DNA of 63,142 nucleotides, the filler included. It is 13 parts of 13 records of this genome, joined end to end, with 100 filler letters (N's around TTAATTAATTAA, not from the genome) between each part and the next. Parts side by side here need not be neighbours in the genome. Positions count along the whole stretch, not along the records: positions 26,540 to 29,370 come from SRR11831585_274; positions 29,471 to 31,536 come from SRR11831585_275; positions 31,637 to 33,835 come from SRR11831585_276; positions 33,936 to 36,031 come from SRR11831585_277; positions 36,132 to 38,252 come from SRR11831585_281; 8 more parts are not named here. One strand, 5' to 3'. A model generated the notes under the pieces. That model was given only the letters and a program-made list of their open reading frames with translations. It made no database searches and was not told the origin of the DNA. Below are positions 26,637 through 38,252 of this stretch, piece by piece. Position numbers and translations under genes: made by a program. The stretch's first letter is position 1; the number at the start of each line of letters is the position of its first letter.

Positions 26637-27964
26637 CGCGAGAAGCGGTGTCAGCGCAGACATATCATCACCAACCACAATCTCGGAGGGGGAGAGGCGC
26701 GCCAGGTCCGCGGGAAGGGAGTCCACTGAACGGCCGGCGGTCCAAGAGAACACACAGCAATCAGACAGCGCAGCACAGGGTCACAAATACATACAAACAT
26801 ACAAACATACACATACATCTCCCTACACGCACATACACAGCATGACTCGCTCGCACGCACACAGGACACATCACGCCACAAACTCCCACCGCCGCCCCAC
26901 TCCGCGAGTGTGTACCAGAGGACATGGAGGTGTGAAAGTCTCCTGTGCTCAGGTCCATCCACGCCAGGCCCACCCTCTGTGCGGACGCATCTGTTGCATA
27001 CAGCGCTAGTACATAGTTGTTGATGCGCGGCTGCAGAAAATTCTCCTCGACCAGTGTGCCCGGCGTGACCCTGCAAACGTTGAGTGTAAGCGAACGTGAG
27101 AGACAGAATTTCAGGGACAGAGAGCAAAGAGAAAGGCAGGGATGCAGGGTCACAGGTGTAATTAAGCTAAAAGCGCAAAGAGTATGCCGGTCATCGAGGT
27201 AGCAAACCAGCACTATAACCGTCGCAGATACGAGACACAGTTAACATGACGCTACTGTTTCACATAAATCCTGGTGGAGACACCAATCAAATAGAGGACA
27301 GAGAGATAGTATCGCTATAACAGAAAGTTCGTTCGAAGCGGACGGCGGGCACAACATATAACATAACAGCTAACCGCTTCAAGTCACCTACAGCTGCATC
27401 ATCACCCCAACACGAAACGTACAGGCGTTTTACTTCGCGTCCAACTATCTTGGTGTCTCCTTTCTCGTCCGTTTTCAGCACCTGCTCGCATACCGCCACC
27501 TGCAAAGAGTCATCAGGAACTTGAAAACTCAAATGAAGTGCAAAGGGAGTGTACCCGAAATCCTCGCTTGACAAATCGCTCCAGATATGTGTCCAGCGAG
27601 TGATGCGGTACACCAGCCATGGGAATCGGTTGCCCTTTGAACTTGCCACGCTTCGTGAGCTACATGCCGTGCAAGATTGGCATGCATGACCGGAACGTAA
27701 GAAATCTCGAAGATAAAGGTTGTATTAGATTGTTGTGTGTACCGTAATATCAACGGCTTGTGACGCAGTTACAGCGTCTTCGAAAAACATCTCGTAGAAA
27801 TCGCCCATCCGAAAGAGCAAAATGTAATTCGGGTGTTCGCTTTTCAGCTTCAGGTAATGCATCATGGTAGGAGTCCCTGCTTTCTCCGAGCAAAACCGTA
27901 AATTAAGTCCCAGAGGGAAGGTGCGGGATGAGCGCATTATCTGATATGCAACGAACCGAAACAT
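26637..27964 (-). CDS. Bacterial-type MutS1/MSH1 mismatch-repair protein with probable mitochondrial presequence (3' partial, intron-containing)
   Basis: Spliced: [16 protein letters not shown]...[31 protein letters not shown]^[21 protein letters not shown]^VAVCEQ..REVKR^[19 protein letters not shown]. Confidence 0.9.
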
Positions 27965-28053
27965 TGTTCTCAAAATGTCGTGCACTGCGCATCTATCCTC
28001 TACACAGCCATTATTGTGCGTAGATGAAGTGAAAGCCAAAAGAAAAGAAAATG

Positions 28054-28087
28054 CTACAATGCGGTCAGAAAGTTGACCGCACTGTAG
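28054..28087. promoter_or_regulatory. 14-bp inverted repeat in the MutS/ALDH7 divergent intergenic region
   Basis: CTACAATGCGGTCA-GAAAGT-TGACCGCACTGTAG (13/14 match); regulatory role is inferred. Confidence 0.55.
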
Positions 28088-28162
28088 GCGCCTCTGGCGT
28101 GTCATTCATCTGCGCTTTCCGTTCTCCATTTTCTCCCGGACGACCTCGCTTGTGCGCCCATA

Positions 28163-29220
28163 ATGTTGCGTCTAGGTCGCGTTCTTTCATCATTGTCTCG
28201 CACTGCTGCAGTGGCGCGTGCTTCATCGAAGGCTGAGCCGCTCACATATTCGCAGTATCCTTTTCTCAAAGAGCTTGGTCTGCAAGAGGATAATGCTGGT
28301 GTGTTTGATGGCGAGTGGTATGGTTCTGGGGAGTCCATTACATCGTACAATCCCGCGACCAATCAACCCATTGCTCGCGTTGCAACGGTACGCTCTCCTA
28401 CATTGTGTTGAAAACAACACCCACTCTTGCTGACTCGCACGTTCGTAGGCTACTCCCTCCGACATGGAGCGACTGATGACCAACGTGATGCACGCCAAAA
28501 CCAAGTGGTCGCAGGTCCCTGCCCCCAAGCGCGGCGAAGTTGTGCGGCAGATCGGCGATGCGCTGCGGCAGAACATTGTGAACCTGGGTGCGCTCGTGTC
28601 GCTGGAGGTGGGCAAGATCAAGGCCGAGGGCGTGGGTGAGGTGCAAGAGTTTGTCGACATCTGCGACTACGCGACGGGCCTCAGCCGCATCTTCGCGGGC
28701 AAGTACCTGCACTCGGAGCGGCCCAACCACGCCATGCTGGAGGTGTGGAACCCCGTGGGCGTGCTGGGCGTCATCAGCGCGTTCAACTTCCCCTGCGCCG
28801 TGTTTGGGTGGAACGCGGCTATCTCCATGGTGTGCGGCAACGCGCATGTGTGGAAGGGCGCGCCGTCTACGCCGCTCACGTCCGTGGCGACCACGCGTAT
28901 CGTGGCGGATGTGCTGCTGCGAAACGGCCTGCCCGGGTCCATCTCTGCGCTCGCTACCGGTACGTGTTGGTGAGGACGCGTGTGGCTATGGCTGCGTGGT
29001 TGCGGTCGAATTGCATGGTTGTTGCGGTGATGTGATGCAGAGGTGTGCTGCTTGGTATTGTAATTTGTGATGCTGCTGTTGTGTGCTGTGTCCCCGCTTT
29101 TGTCATATCTCTCCACCCACTCTTATCTCTCTGTGTTGGTGCGTAGGTGGTGCCGATGTCGGTACATTCATTGCGAAGGATCCTCGTGTGAATCTGGTCT
29201 CGTTCACGGGCTCCACAAAG
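28163..29220 (+). CDS. ALDH7: Aldehyde dehydrogenase family 7 (antiquitin-like), presequence-bearing (3' partial)
   Basis: [62 protein letters not shown] introns; Arg/Ser/Leu-rich N-terminus. Confidence 0.93.
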
Positions 29221-29762
29221 GTACATTCATTCACACGGTGGTTGTTGACGGTTTGTTTGTTGACAGTTTGCATGTGTGTTCATGTGATGATGGGTGTGTG
29301 TTGTTGCGCAGCCGTTCTTAACCGTCTGGACCTGTCTCCGCTCAGAATTAGTTTCCCTGCAATTCGCGTCNNNNNNNNNNNNNNNNNNNNNNNNNNNNNN
29401 NNNNNNNNNNNNNNTTAATTAATTAANNNNNNNNNNNNNNNNNNNNNNNNNNNNNNNNNNNNNNNNNNNNAGGGAAAAACACAACAGTTATCAAAGGCTA
29501 TTCGACATCGCCCTCAAGAACGTGAAGAGTGGTACAAGAGTTACTGGCAAAGTGCAGCAGCTTTCGACCGAACTTGTGTAGTTTGTGTGCATGAACAACA
29601 CAAGCACGATGTTGGTGATATTCATAACGCCAGCCCTAACCCTCGGTTCACTGAAAATCTATGACGGCACCACTTCACATGATCAATGGGCGGGGGATTT
29701 AGTGTGTTTCCTCCACAGTCCTCGTCTCTTTTTCATTCTTTTCGTTCTTTCGTTCCCAGAAA

Positions 29763-30433
29763 ATGGGGGAGCGAAAAGGAAATCAACCGCATCATGATGC
29801 GTTCATCAAGTTGTTGCTCATTGGCGACTCAGGTGTGCGGGAGGGATCGTTTCGTGCTCGTGCCTTGACATCAAATTAGGTGTTGGAAAGAGCAGCATGC
29901 TATTGCGCTTTGCAGACGACGCATTCAACGAAACGTACATCAACACCATCGGGATCGATTTCAAAACAAGAATCGTTGATATGGCTGGGAAAAAGGTTAA
30001 GCTTCAGATCTGGGATACGGCCGGGCAGGAGCGGTTTCAGACATTGCAAACACTTTATTACCGCGGTGCCATGGGCATTGTGTTGGTGTATGATATCAGC
30101 GACGCGAAGACGTTCCACGCCATTCGGACGTGGATGGCGCAGGTGAAGGAGCACGCTGCCCCCTCTGTTGCGACGTTGCTTGTGGGGAACAAAGCCGATC
30201 GGGAATCGCAGCGGCAGGTTCCGTACGCGGAGGGCGAGACACTAGCGAATGAGTATCAGATGCCGTTTATTGAGTGCTCTGCGAAGACTGGGTCTGGGGT
30301 GTCGGACGCGTTTGCATCTTTGGGGGAAACGATTCTGAAATCGGGTGTACCTGAAACGCCGAGTATGCAACCTGTGATGCCTCTGCCAACGAAGGAGGAG
30401 GGAGATGGAAAGAAATCGGGATGCTGTGCGTAG
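29763..30433 (+). CDS. Rab GTPase, Rab8/Sec4/RabE-like
   Basis: MGERK..IKLLLIGDS^GVGKS across 47-nt intron 29833-29879; TIGIDFK, WDTAGQERF, YYRGAMGI, GNKAD, SAK, C-terminal CCA*. Confidence 0.93.
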
Positions 30434-31064
30434 TTAGTTGGTCGTGTTGGTGCTATCATCTCGTCGGGGTGATGGTCCGAAGCGAATTCGTCAGATTCGC
30501 TATGTAATGAATAGAACAGGCAGAATATGCTTTGATATAATGATATTTCCTATCTATAAACCCCGTAGCAGTATCGTTCCCTCACATCTGTTCACATATC
30601 TCATCGTGTGATCCCGCTTCGTACCGGATATACGACTGACAGCTGATCCCGTGCTGTTAACACCGTATCAATAACACCCCCGAGGCACCTAAACCCTATC
30701 TCCCACCACACGTGCGAATCTTGCGTTGCGTGCGTGCGTGGCCTCCCCAGCGCGCACCGCTTTGACGCGCATATCCACGTTGGACCGCGTTTCGTGCGCA
30801 CCAAGCGCCGACACACAGCACACACACGGCACACACAGCACAACCGCGCACGTGCGTGTGCGTCGCAGGATCGAGTGGGGTCGCGTCACCGCCCCCCTTC
30901 GTGTCTGTTTGCCCGCTTGCGGGTGCGCGCCGACGTCATAGCGTGTCAGCGCGGTGCGTCAGAGCTGTGGAACACTGGTCGCAGCACCCAGCCCACGGTG
31001 TTTGTGTCTCCGCTGTTGTGTGTGCGTGTGTTTTTACAACAGCGCAGTGAGGGGAAGAAGGACC

Positions 31065-31536
31065 ATGGCCGACTCTGTGCAGCGACCGCGGGCCATGTCC
31101 TGCTTGCCCGTCGATTCCGTGCATCCGTCGACCATCTCGGTGTTGCTGGTGGAAGATGACCGTGTGGCCCGCATGATTGCTACAAAGCTTCTGAGCCAGT
31201 GTCAGTATACAGGTACCCTTGGTTCGCTGCGCGTGTGCATGTCTGCTTATACTGTCTGGGCGTGTGTAGTCGATACGGCGGAGGATGGGATGGTTGCGTG
31301 GAAAAAGCTTCAGAATCAGACGGAGGGCCGTGACTACGATTTAGTTATATCCGATGTGTACATGCCCAATCTGGATGGCCCTGACTTGCTGATGAAGATC
31401 CGAAGTGACCCTAATCTCGCAGATCTGCCCGTGATTAGTATGTGTTTTTCTGCTTTGGAAGTTTGGTTGTGTGCTAATGCGTTCTCCAGTGATGTCTTCG
31501 GCTCAAGATTTGGACGTCGTCGCCAAATGTGTTCGA
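31065..31536 (+). CDS. Eukaryotic response-regulator receiver-domain protein (3' partial, 2 introns)
   Basis: VLLVEDD..CQYT^VDTAEDG..YDLVISDVYMPNLDG..LPVI^MMSS; phosphoacceptor Asp present. Confidence 0.88.
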
Positions 31537-31751
31537 NNNNNNNNNNNNNNNNNNNNNNNNNNNNNNNNNNNNNNNNNNNNTTAATTAATTAANNNNNNNN
31601 NNNNNNNNNNNNNNNNNNNNNNNNNNNNNNNNNNNNGGGAGAGCAATACCACGTAAGTTGCCATAAGAGTGACAGAAGAAGATCACGAAACATGGAACAG
31701 CAGCACGCAACATATACACACACATAAAGTCAAACTCATGAGTGAGCGTAC

Positions 31752-33779
31752 TCGGTCTCGACAATGTCCTGCAGAATGGCGTCCTTCTCGCCTTGAACGG
31801 CAACCACGTCAGCCTCGATCTTCTCTGCAGACTGCTCCAGCTCCTACTCACACACAAGAAAACATCAGCACATATCCATACAAACACAAACCAAACACAA
31901 AACATACACAGCATCTTCTCTCACAAAAAATACACACCCAAACACACAGAGAGATAGATATACGCATCGTACCTTGAGTTTACGCTGGAACTCGACCTCC
32001 ATATTCAGCGAGGCTTCGTTCAGATCCACACGGACTTTCTGGTTGCGGCTGATCAGATCGTTCAAGCGGCCCATATCCGTGTGTGCGTGCCGAATGTCAT
32101 TCTCAATCTCTTTCAGCTCAGCCGATTCTTGTGTGTTGCTATCTGTAAATGCGCGGACGAGAGGAGGAGATCAGCCACGGCATTGTCACACAGATACAAA
32201 AACTCTACATGGATGATTTCGCTCTATGCACTCAAAAAGCACTGACACATGCAACACCCCAACACAACCACCAAAACACCACCACTACAGCACCTCCCAA
32301 ACCCCACAAACGTACTCTCCAAACGCAACCGGCGCTGCGCCTGCACCGTGTACTGCGCCGACAAGTCCTGAATCTTGTCGTTCTCTGTGTTGGCGTCCGT
32401 GGCTGCAGACACAAGCTCTGTCTGTCGCTTGACCCACAGATGCTGCATCTCCTGGCACTCACGATCCTTCTCTGCGATGGACTTGCTGAGGTTGTGGATG
32501 GTGGCTTCGAGAGGGCCGTTGTTCTCGTCCTGCGCGCAAACAACAAACACACACGGGTACACGTGAGCACAGTTGGTTCTGTCGAAGAGAAGGCGTTCCA
32601 TCAACCATAAACACGGAGCCGCAGCAGGTACACACAGTAACAACAACAATCCGATAGAACGCGCAAACCCCAGGCGCCCCACACGTACTGTAACGTTGGA
32701 GGTGAGCGCATCAAACTTGCGGTTGAGAGAGTCCACAAAGGACTGCTTCTTCTCCAGCTCATCATTGCGCCGCCGGATCTCCACCTCGTACTTGTCAATT
32801 AGCCGCTCGCGTTCCTTCAAAACATCCAGCACCGATTGGAGCTGAGATTTGAGCTGTTCGTTGTGTGCAGCGGTATTGAGGGTATCGATTCGGATGCGCG
32901 ATAGCTCGTTTTGGAGCGTGGTTACTTCCATTTCCTATTGAACAAAACCACACAACACACACCAGCATGAGTGACGCGCTCAAACTCACAACTCAATCGG
33001 GCACGCGAAACCACAACATTTCTCACAGAAACGACGAAGAAAGATCACTGAACCCGACACGCATGACAACAACACAAACATCACTGAATTTACACACACA
33101 GCCACACAGCAAACCACACACACACACAAACACAGCAGACCAAAGCATCCACCAGCCCACACTCACACCCATACCTTCTCATGGATCTGCTTGCGAATGC
33201 GCTCCGCACCCTCCTGCGTGGCCTGCGAACATTTCTGCAGCGTGGTCTGATCGGATAACTGACGAGCGACATGCTCCTCCATCTTCTGCGCCTCCGCAGA
33301 GAGCTTCTGCAGCTGCTTGTTCACCATGGCAATCTCATCGGACAGGCCCTTGTGCTCCTACAAAACGCAAACGCAAACACAGAGGCACACACAGCAGTGA
33401 GTGAAGGCAGTACATGGCATAACAGGACGTTGAACAGTGACAACGACAGCGCTCGACGACATGCGTACAGACAGATCCGCCACCCCAAAACACAAACACA
33501 CACACGCACAGTCCGCTTTTTAAAAAACTGCGTACCTGCGAAACCTTGACCATCTGCTCGTCGGTGTGTTCGAGGGACTTTCGCAGCATCGAGTACTGCT
33601 CGTTCAGCTTCTCGCGCTTCTCCTGGTTCATCTGCAGACAGCGCTCCAGGAAGGAGATCTCTGTTTGAATGCGATTGTGTGTGGAGGTGTGTTTCTCGTT
33701 GACCTCCTGCTCGGCACGGATCTGCGCCTTGACACCGGCTGCCTCGGAGTCCAGCACGAGCATTTCCTCAACTTGCTTC
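31752..33779 (-). CDS. CCDC40: CCDC40/FAP172-like axonemal coiled-coil protein (internal fragment, 6 exons)
   Basis: Spliced coiled coil with NELSRIRIDTLN, LIDKYEVEIRRRNDELEKKQ, GPLEATIHNL, LWVKRQTELV. Confidence 0.8.
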
Positions 33780-33967
33780 CTGCACCACACACAAACAGAT
33801 ACACACACAATGTGAGATATGGTCACGACAACATTNNNNNNNNNNNNNNNNNNNNNNNNNNNNNNNNNNNNNNNNNNNNTTAATTAATTAANNNNNNNNN
33901 NNNNNNNNNNNNNNNNNNNNNNNNNNNNNNNNNNNGGAATCATCATCACGGTCATCACACCGCAAGT

Positions 33968-34270
33968 CTCTCTGTGTGTGTATATACCGACCGTACTGTG
34001 TGTGCCAGTGTGTGGGTGGGTGTGTGTGTGTGTGTGTCTGTAGATGGTCGGGGTGGTACTACAACTTCAGTGGTACAAGATGTGATATGCAGCTAGTGTC
34101 TCCCAACAAGCCTTTATAATCATAGCACACGGCCGCACGCCAGCACGTCTCAGACACACACATACAGATACACAGAGACAAGACACACACACACACACCG
34201 ACACAACGCACCCCGTGTCGTTCATAACTCAAAACAGAACGTCGCTAACTTATCCACAACACACAACAGC
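33968..34270. repeat. Imperfect (TG)n tracts followed by (CA)n tracts
   Basis: TG-rich 33968-34040, CA-rich 34150-34270. Confidence 0.75.
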
Positions 34271-34458
34271 AGCGGGCAAAGATCGTCTGGAATGATGCTT
34301 TTGCGGCGACTCACGACAAAACGAAAACACCTTGCTGGAGCGCAGTGCACACACGTGAACGAGAAAAACGCAAAGGCGCCCCCTCATCATCACCATCGTC
34401 TTCGTGTTCATCGTTCATTACCAGCATCACCGCCGCCACCGCGGACTTCACAATCCAC

Positions 34459-34805
34459 TTACGCTGTGCTGGCATCGTCCAATTTGTACTTGTCCGGCAG
34501 AGGCGTCTTGTCATGCTTGGCCTCCCAGTGCAAACGTAGCGTCTTGTTATCTACGGTCTGGAGCTACACAGCAAACATATTTCAGAATCCAAACTCGAAT
34601 AAACGGCTGGGTTCGATGGGAACTCGCATGAACATAGCGGTAAGAGCTATCAACCAACAGAAAACACAGGTAGGTGGGGTACCTTGCAGATATCGCACAC
34701 AACTTTAACCGCCGCGGCGCGGAACGCCAATTGGGATCCTTTCTTTTCCCCGAACCGATCACTGCCCTTCTTTTGGGCCTGCAGCTTTTGTAAACCACGC
34801 GTCAT
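34459..34805 (-). CDS. ZNF706-like small protein (4F5-like basic N-terminus plus C2H2 finger), 75 aa, complete
   Basis: Exons 34805-34683 and 34563-34459: MTRGLQKLQAQKK...VCDICK^LQTVDNKTLRLHWEAKHDKTPLP...*; missed by the ORF track. Confidence 0.88.
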
Positions 34806-35066
34806 TTTGCAGCTTAACACACGCACAGGCAGACACAAACACTGAAGATGATCACAACATTCGAACAGAAGCCGAAATGTCTTCGCGATCTAGGCGGCCG
34901 GTCAGCATTTTGACCTCGAAGTCGAATATCTGACCGTCTCCGGTGATGGCTGCACTGTTACACGCACCCTCGCTATCGACACACGCTCCGCTCAGTTTCA
35001 CGGTCTTCACGCCCACAGCAGCTGTCGGTCCCGTCGCGGGGACTTTATATGTAATTTGCTGTCAAT

Positions 35067-35911
35067 ATGTCGTTCGAACGACGAAAAATCGTGCTTGATG
35101 TGGACGGCGGATTCGAAAGCTGCGTGGCATTAGCGTTTGCGCTTCGCTCGCCAGAGGTGGAGATTCTCGCCGTCACCGTGGTAGCAGGCGTTGTTCCCTG
35201 TACGTTTGCTCTCTCGCTGCTGCATTTGCTTCGCGTTTTCTTACACATACGCCCTCGTTCTGTGTTCTTGTGTGTGTAGTGGACGTGGGTGTGACGAATG
35301 TGTTGCGCATTCTGGCTCTATCGGGCGAGGCTGGGCGTTCCATCATGGTGGCCGCAGGTGAAAAAGCACCGCTCTTCAAGCGATCCTTCAATGCCACGCA
35401 TGTGTATGGGCGCGATGGCATGGGAAATGTTGCGGATGAGCTTTTACCCGCGCCCCGCTTGGAACAGTTCACAACCACGCCTGGGATCGACGTCATTGGC
35501 GATCTGGTCCAGCAGTATCCCGGCAAGATCGCCCTGGTTGTTTGCGGTCCACTGACGAATATCGCCATCTTGGCCGAAACACGACCCATGACACTCAGCA
35601 AAGCCGGCGAAATCATCATCGCGGCCGGATGCCTACTCCCCGATTCCTTCCACATTTTCACCACCGGCTACGAAACGAGCGAGTTCAACGCGTTTGCAGA
35701 CCCCGAGGCCCTCGCCAACGTATTTGACTTTTGCCGGACATTCTCCGTGCCGCTCACACTGGTACCGGCGGACGCACGTGTGTGTGTGCGAGCGGTGGCT
35801 GCACGCTGTGCGTTTGAGGGCTCGCACGATGCGTTTGCGGTGCTGCTGAGCCGGTGCCCCAACGCTCTTGTCAGCTTTTTGCGGACCAACATGCAGCCGC
35901 TGCAGATTGGG
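35067..35911 (+). CDS. Inosine/uridine nucleoside hydrolase-family protein with degenerate active site (3' partial)
   Basis: KIVLDVDGG, SPEVEILAVTVV, YGRDGMGN, GPLTNIA, EFNAFADPEA; intron 35200-35279. Confidence 0.85.
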
Positions 35912-36286
35912 GTACGCCAGGGCGTGTTTGTGTTTGTGTGTGCGTATGTGTGTGGATGTGTGTGTCTGTGCGGCGAATACTAACGTACTTGTCCCGCCGC
36001 GTGTCTGTCTGTCTGTCTGTCTCTCTCTCTGNNNNNNNNNNNNNNNNNNNNNNNNNNNNNNNNNNNNNNNNNNNNTTAATTAATTAANNNNNNNNNNNNN
36101 NNNNNNNNNNNNNNNNNNNNNNNNNNNNNNNCACACACACACACACACACACACAGTGACATACACGGAATGTCCTCTCGCAATGATGCGAGAAGTGAGG
36201 GAAGATGTGATCACGGGACCAGCACAGGAAGAAACGAAAATACGCACGATACACTAAACCAACGATACACATACAAACACACGTAC

Positions 36287-37889
36287 CAAGCCGAGTTGTC
36301 CGTACATGGCATCGCCCCACACATACACCACCCCCGTGTCTGTCAGCGCGGTGGTGACAGTGTTGGAACAAACAACCTGCACAAGACACAGCGGTATGTT
36401 GTGTCAGTGGCGAAGAGCAAGTGTGTATACAGGCATACAGCCAGAAAGACCAGGTGCGCACAACTGCTAATATCAATTGGCAACTTACTGTCGTCGACCC
36501 CCGGCATGTTACACAGCACCACTCATCGAAGCACACAGAGGCATGTTACACAAACACCCACCCCAAAACATACCTGACATATGTTCTGGTCACTCAGCGT
36601 TTTCACGAGCGTAGGTATGAATTTCGCATCTGTATTACCGTGGCCCAGCGCACCACATTTACTCGAACCAAACGTATACAGACGTCCGCTCGCTGCATGA
36701 ATAAATTCACTCAAATCAGCACGAGAGAGAATAAGAGGAAACGTAACAAAAAGAGAAACTTCGGCGACGGGAGAGAAAACCCAACAATCACACAAACACA
36801 CACAAATACACACGCAAACGCACTGGTAATGGTTGCAGTGTGGTTCCATCCCACCGCCACATCGAACGGCATTCCCTCAAACTCAAACGCCACCCGTGTG
36901 GGCCGCATAATGAGAGGGGCACCTGCCACCGGAGGCCCGTGCCCTAGCTGTCCGTTTCTGTTCTCACCCCATGTATACAGACCCTTATCTGCCACAGACA
37001 CAGCACCCCAGGTAAACACAAAGAGAAATAGGTGTGGTGGGGCAACAGAGAGAGAGAGCGCGCGAGGGAGACAACGGACACACGATGCAAACACAACGGG
37101 ACGCACCCGTGATGGCGGCGATGTGATACCGACCGCATGATATCTTGCGAACATGCACATCACCCAATCCGGAGATAGGCGCCGGTACACGCCCCAAGTG
37201 TTCGTGAGAGCCGTGCTGTCCCTGCCCCGCTGTACCCCACGAATACGCAACACCATCGTCTACAACACACATACCCAAATTAGCACACACAAACGCATAC
37301 ACACACACAGGCCATGAAAACATTACACGATAGACAAAGTCACAACGATGTCCGGGCGTTCATACGTACCTGCCACAGCGGCTGTATACGTGCCGGCAGA
37401 CGATATTTGAATGATAGTTTTGCCATCTAACGCAGTAACGCGCTTCAGCTCTATAATAGGCTTATCACGGCGGCGAGGTTCCGCTTCGTCGTCTTCGTAA
37501 CCCAACATCCCGTATTCAGATCTCGTGCCGTAAGTATGCACAGAGCCGTCCTCTGGATAAGAGTGAGTTATGTTAGCGCACATGGATAAAAGGATCGCAA
37601 ACGCCAACCGAGCAAATCACGTACTGGTGAGGATGGCGGTGTGATAGCAGCCACAGCTGATTTGTTTCACATCGTATCCAGAGAAGATAGTAGCCGCTGG
37701 GCTATTCCCATAACCAAAGACAATCACTGCACTGCCTTCCGCCACATCAACGTTGGCGGAACGAAGAACACCGTTGACCCTGGGGGCAGGTTTCTGTATA
37801 ACTTCATCGTACTCCTCGACAACGCCCACGTCCTCCGAGTGAGAGGGGAGCGGGATGAGCTGTTGCAAAAACTGCGAAACTGAGTGCAT
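36287..37889 (-). CDS. RCC1-repeat beta-propeller protein (3' partial)
   Basis: Repeats ISCGCYHT, YSWG..GQHG, ISCGRYH, YTWGENRNGQLGHG, YTFG..GALGHG, YVWG..GQLG over six exons. Confidence 0.88.
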
Positions 37890-38185
37890 CACAGATCATG
37901 CGAACACGAAATCGCAAGCTCTAGCGAAGATTAGAACGAAAAATGTCTTAAGAAGAACCGAATTCACATGAAAGTGCGAAACGTGAATGAGAGTCGAACG
38001 AGAACCGGAAACCACCTGTGGAGTATTGTCGTTGGAACATTTCTCGCGGAGAAAATAAATTCATGTGGCAGTCAGGGCTATGCTGACCCAGTTTAAAACC
38101 AGGATGAGTGGATTGGGGCCGATTTTTGTTCATTTTAGCAAGTAGATTCTGGAGTATCCCTTTTCAGGGTCTTCTCGTGGGGACA

Positions 38186-38252
38186 ATGTCGTCTGATGAG
38201 TATGGGTCAGGCGACAGTGGAGATGAAAGCGACGAAATGCCCATTAAGCGGA
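38186..38252 (+). CDS. 5' end of an unidentified eukaryotic gene with acidic N-terminus
   Basis: MSSDEYGSGDSGDESDEMPIKR open to the contig edge; divergent from the RCC1 gene. Confidence 0.5.

Noticed and set aside
29471-29662. 3' end of a gene upstream of Rab
   Set aside because: Two frames are open (ending 29581 or about 29664) with no recognisable motif, so no call can be supported
30601-37323. Many Cys/Val-rich or His/Thr-rich ORFs in the ORF track
   Set aside because: Translations of intronic (TG)n/(CA)n tracts, not proteins
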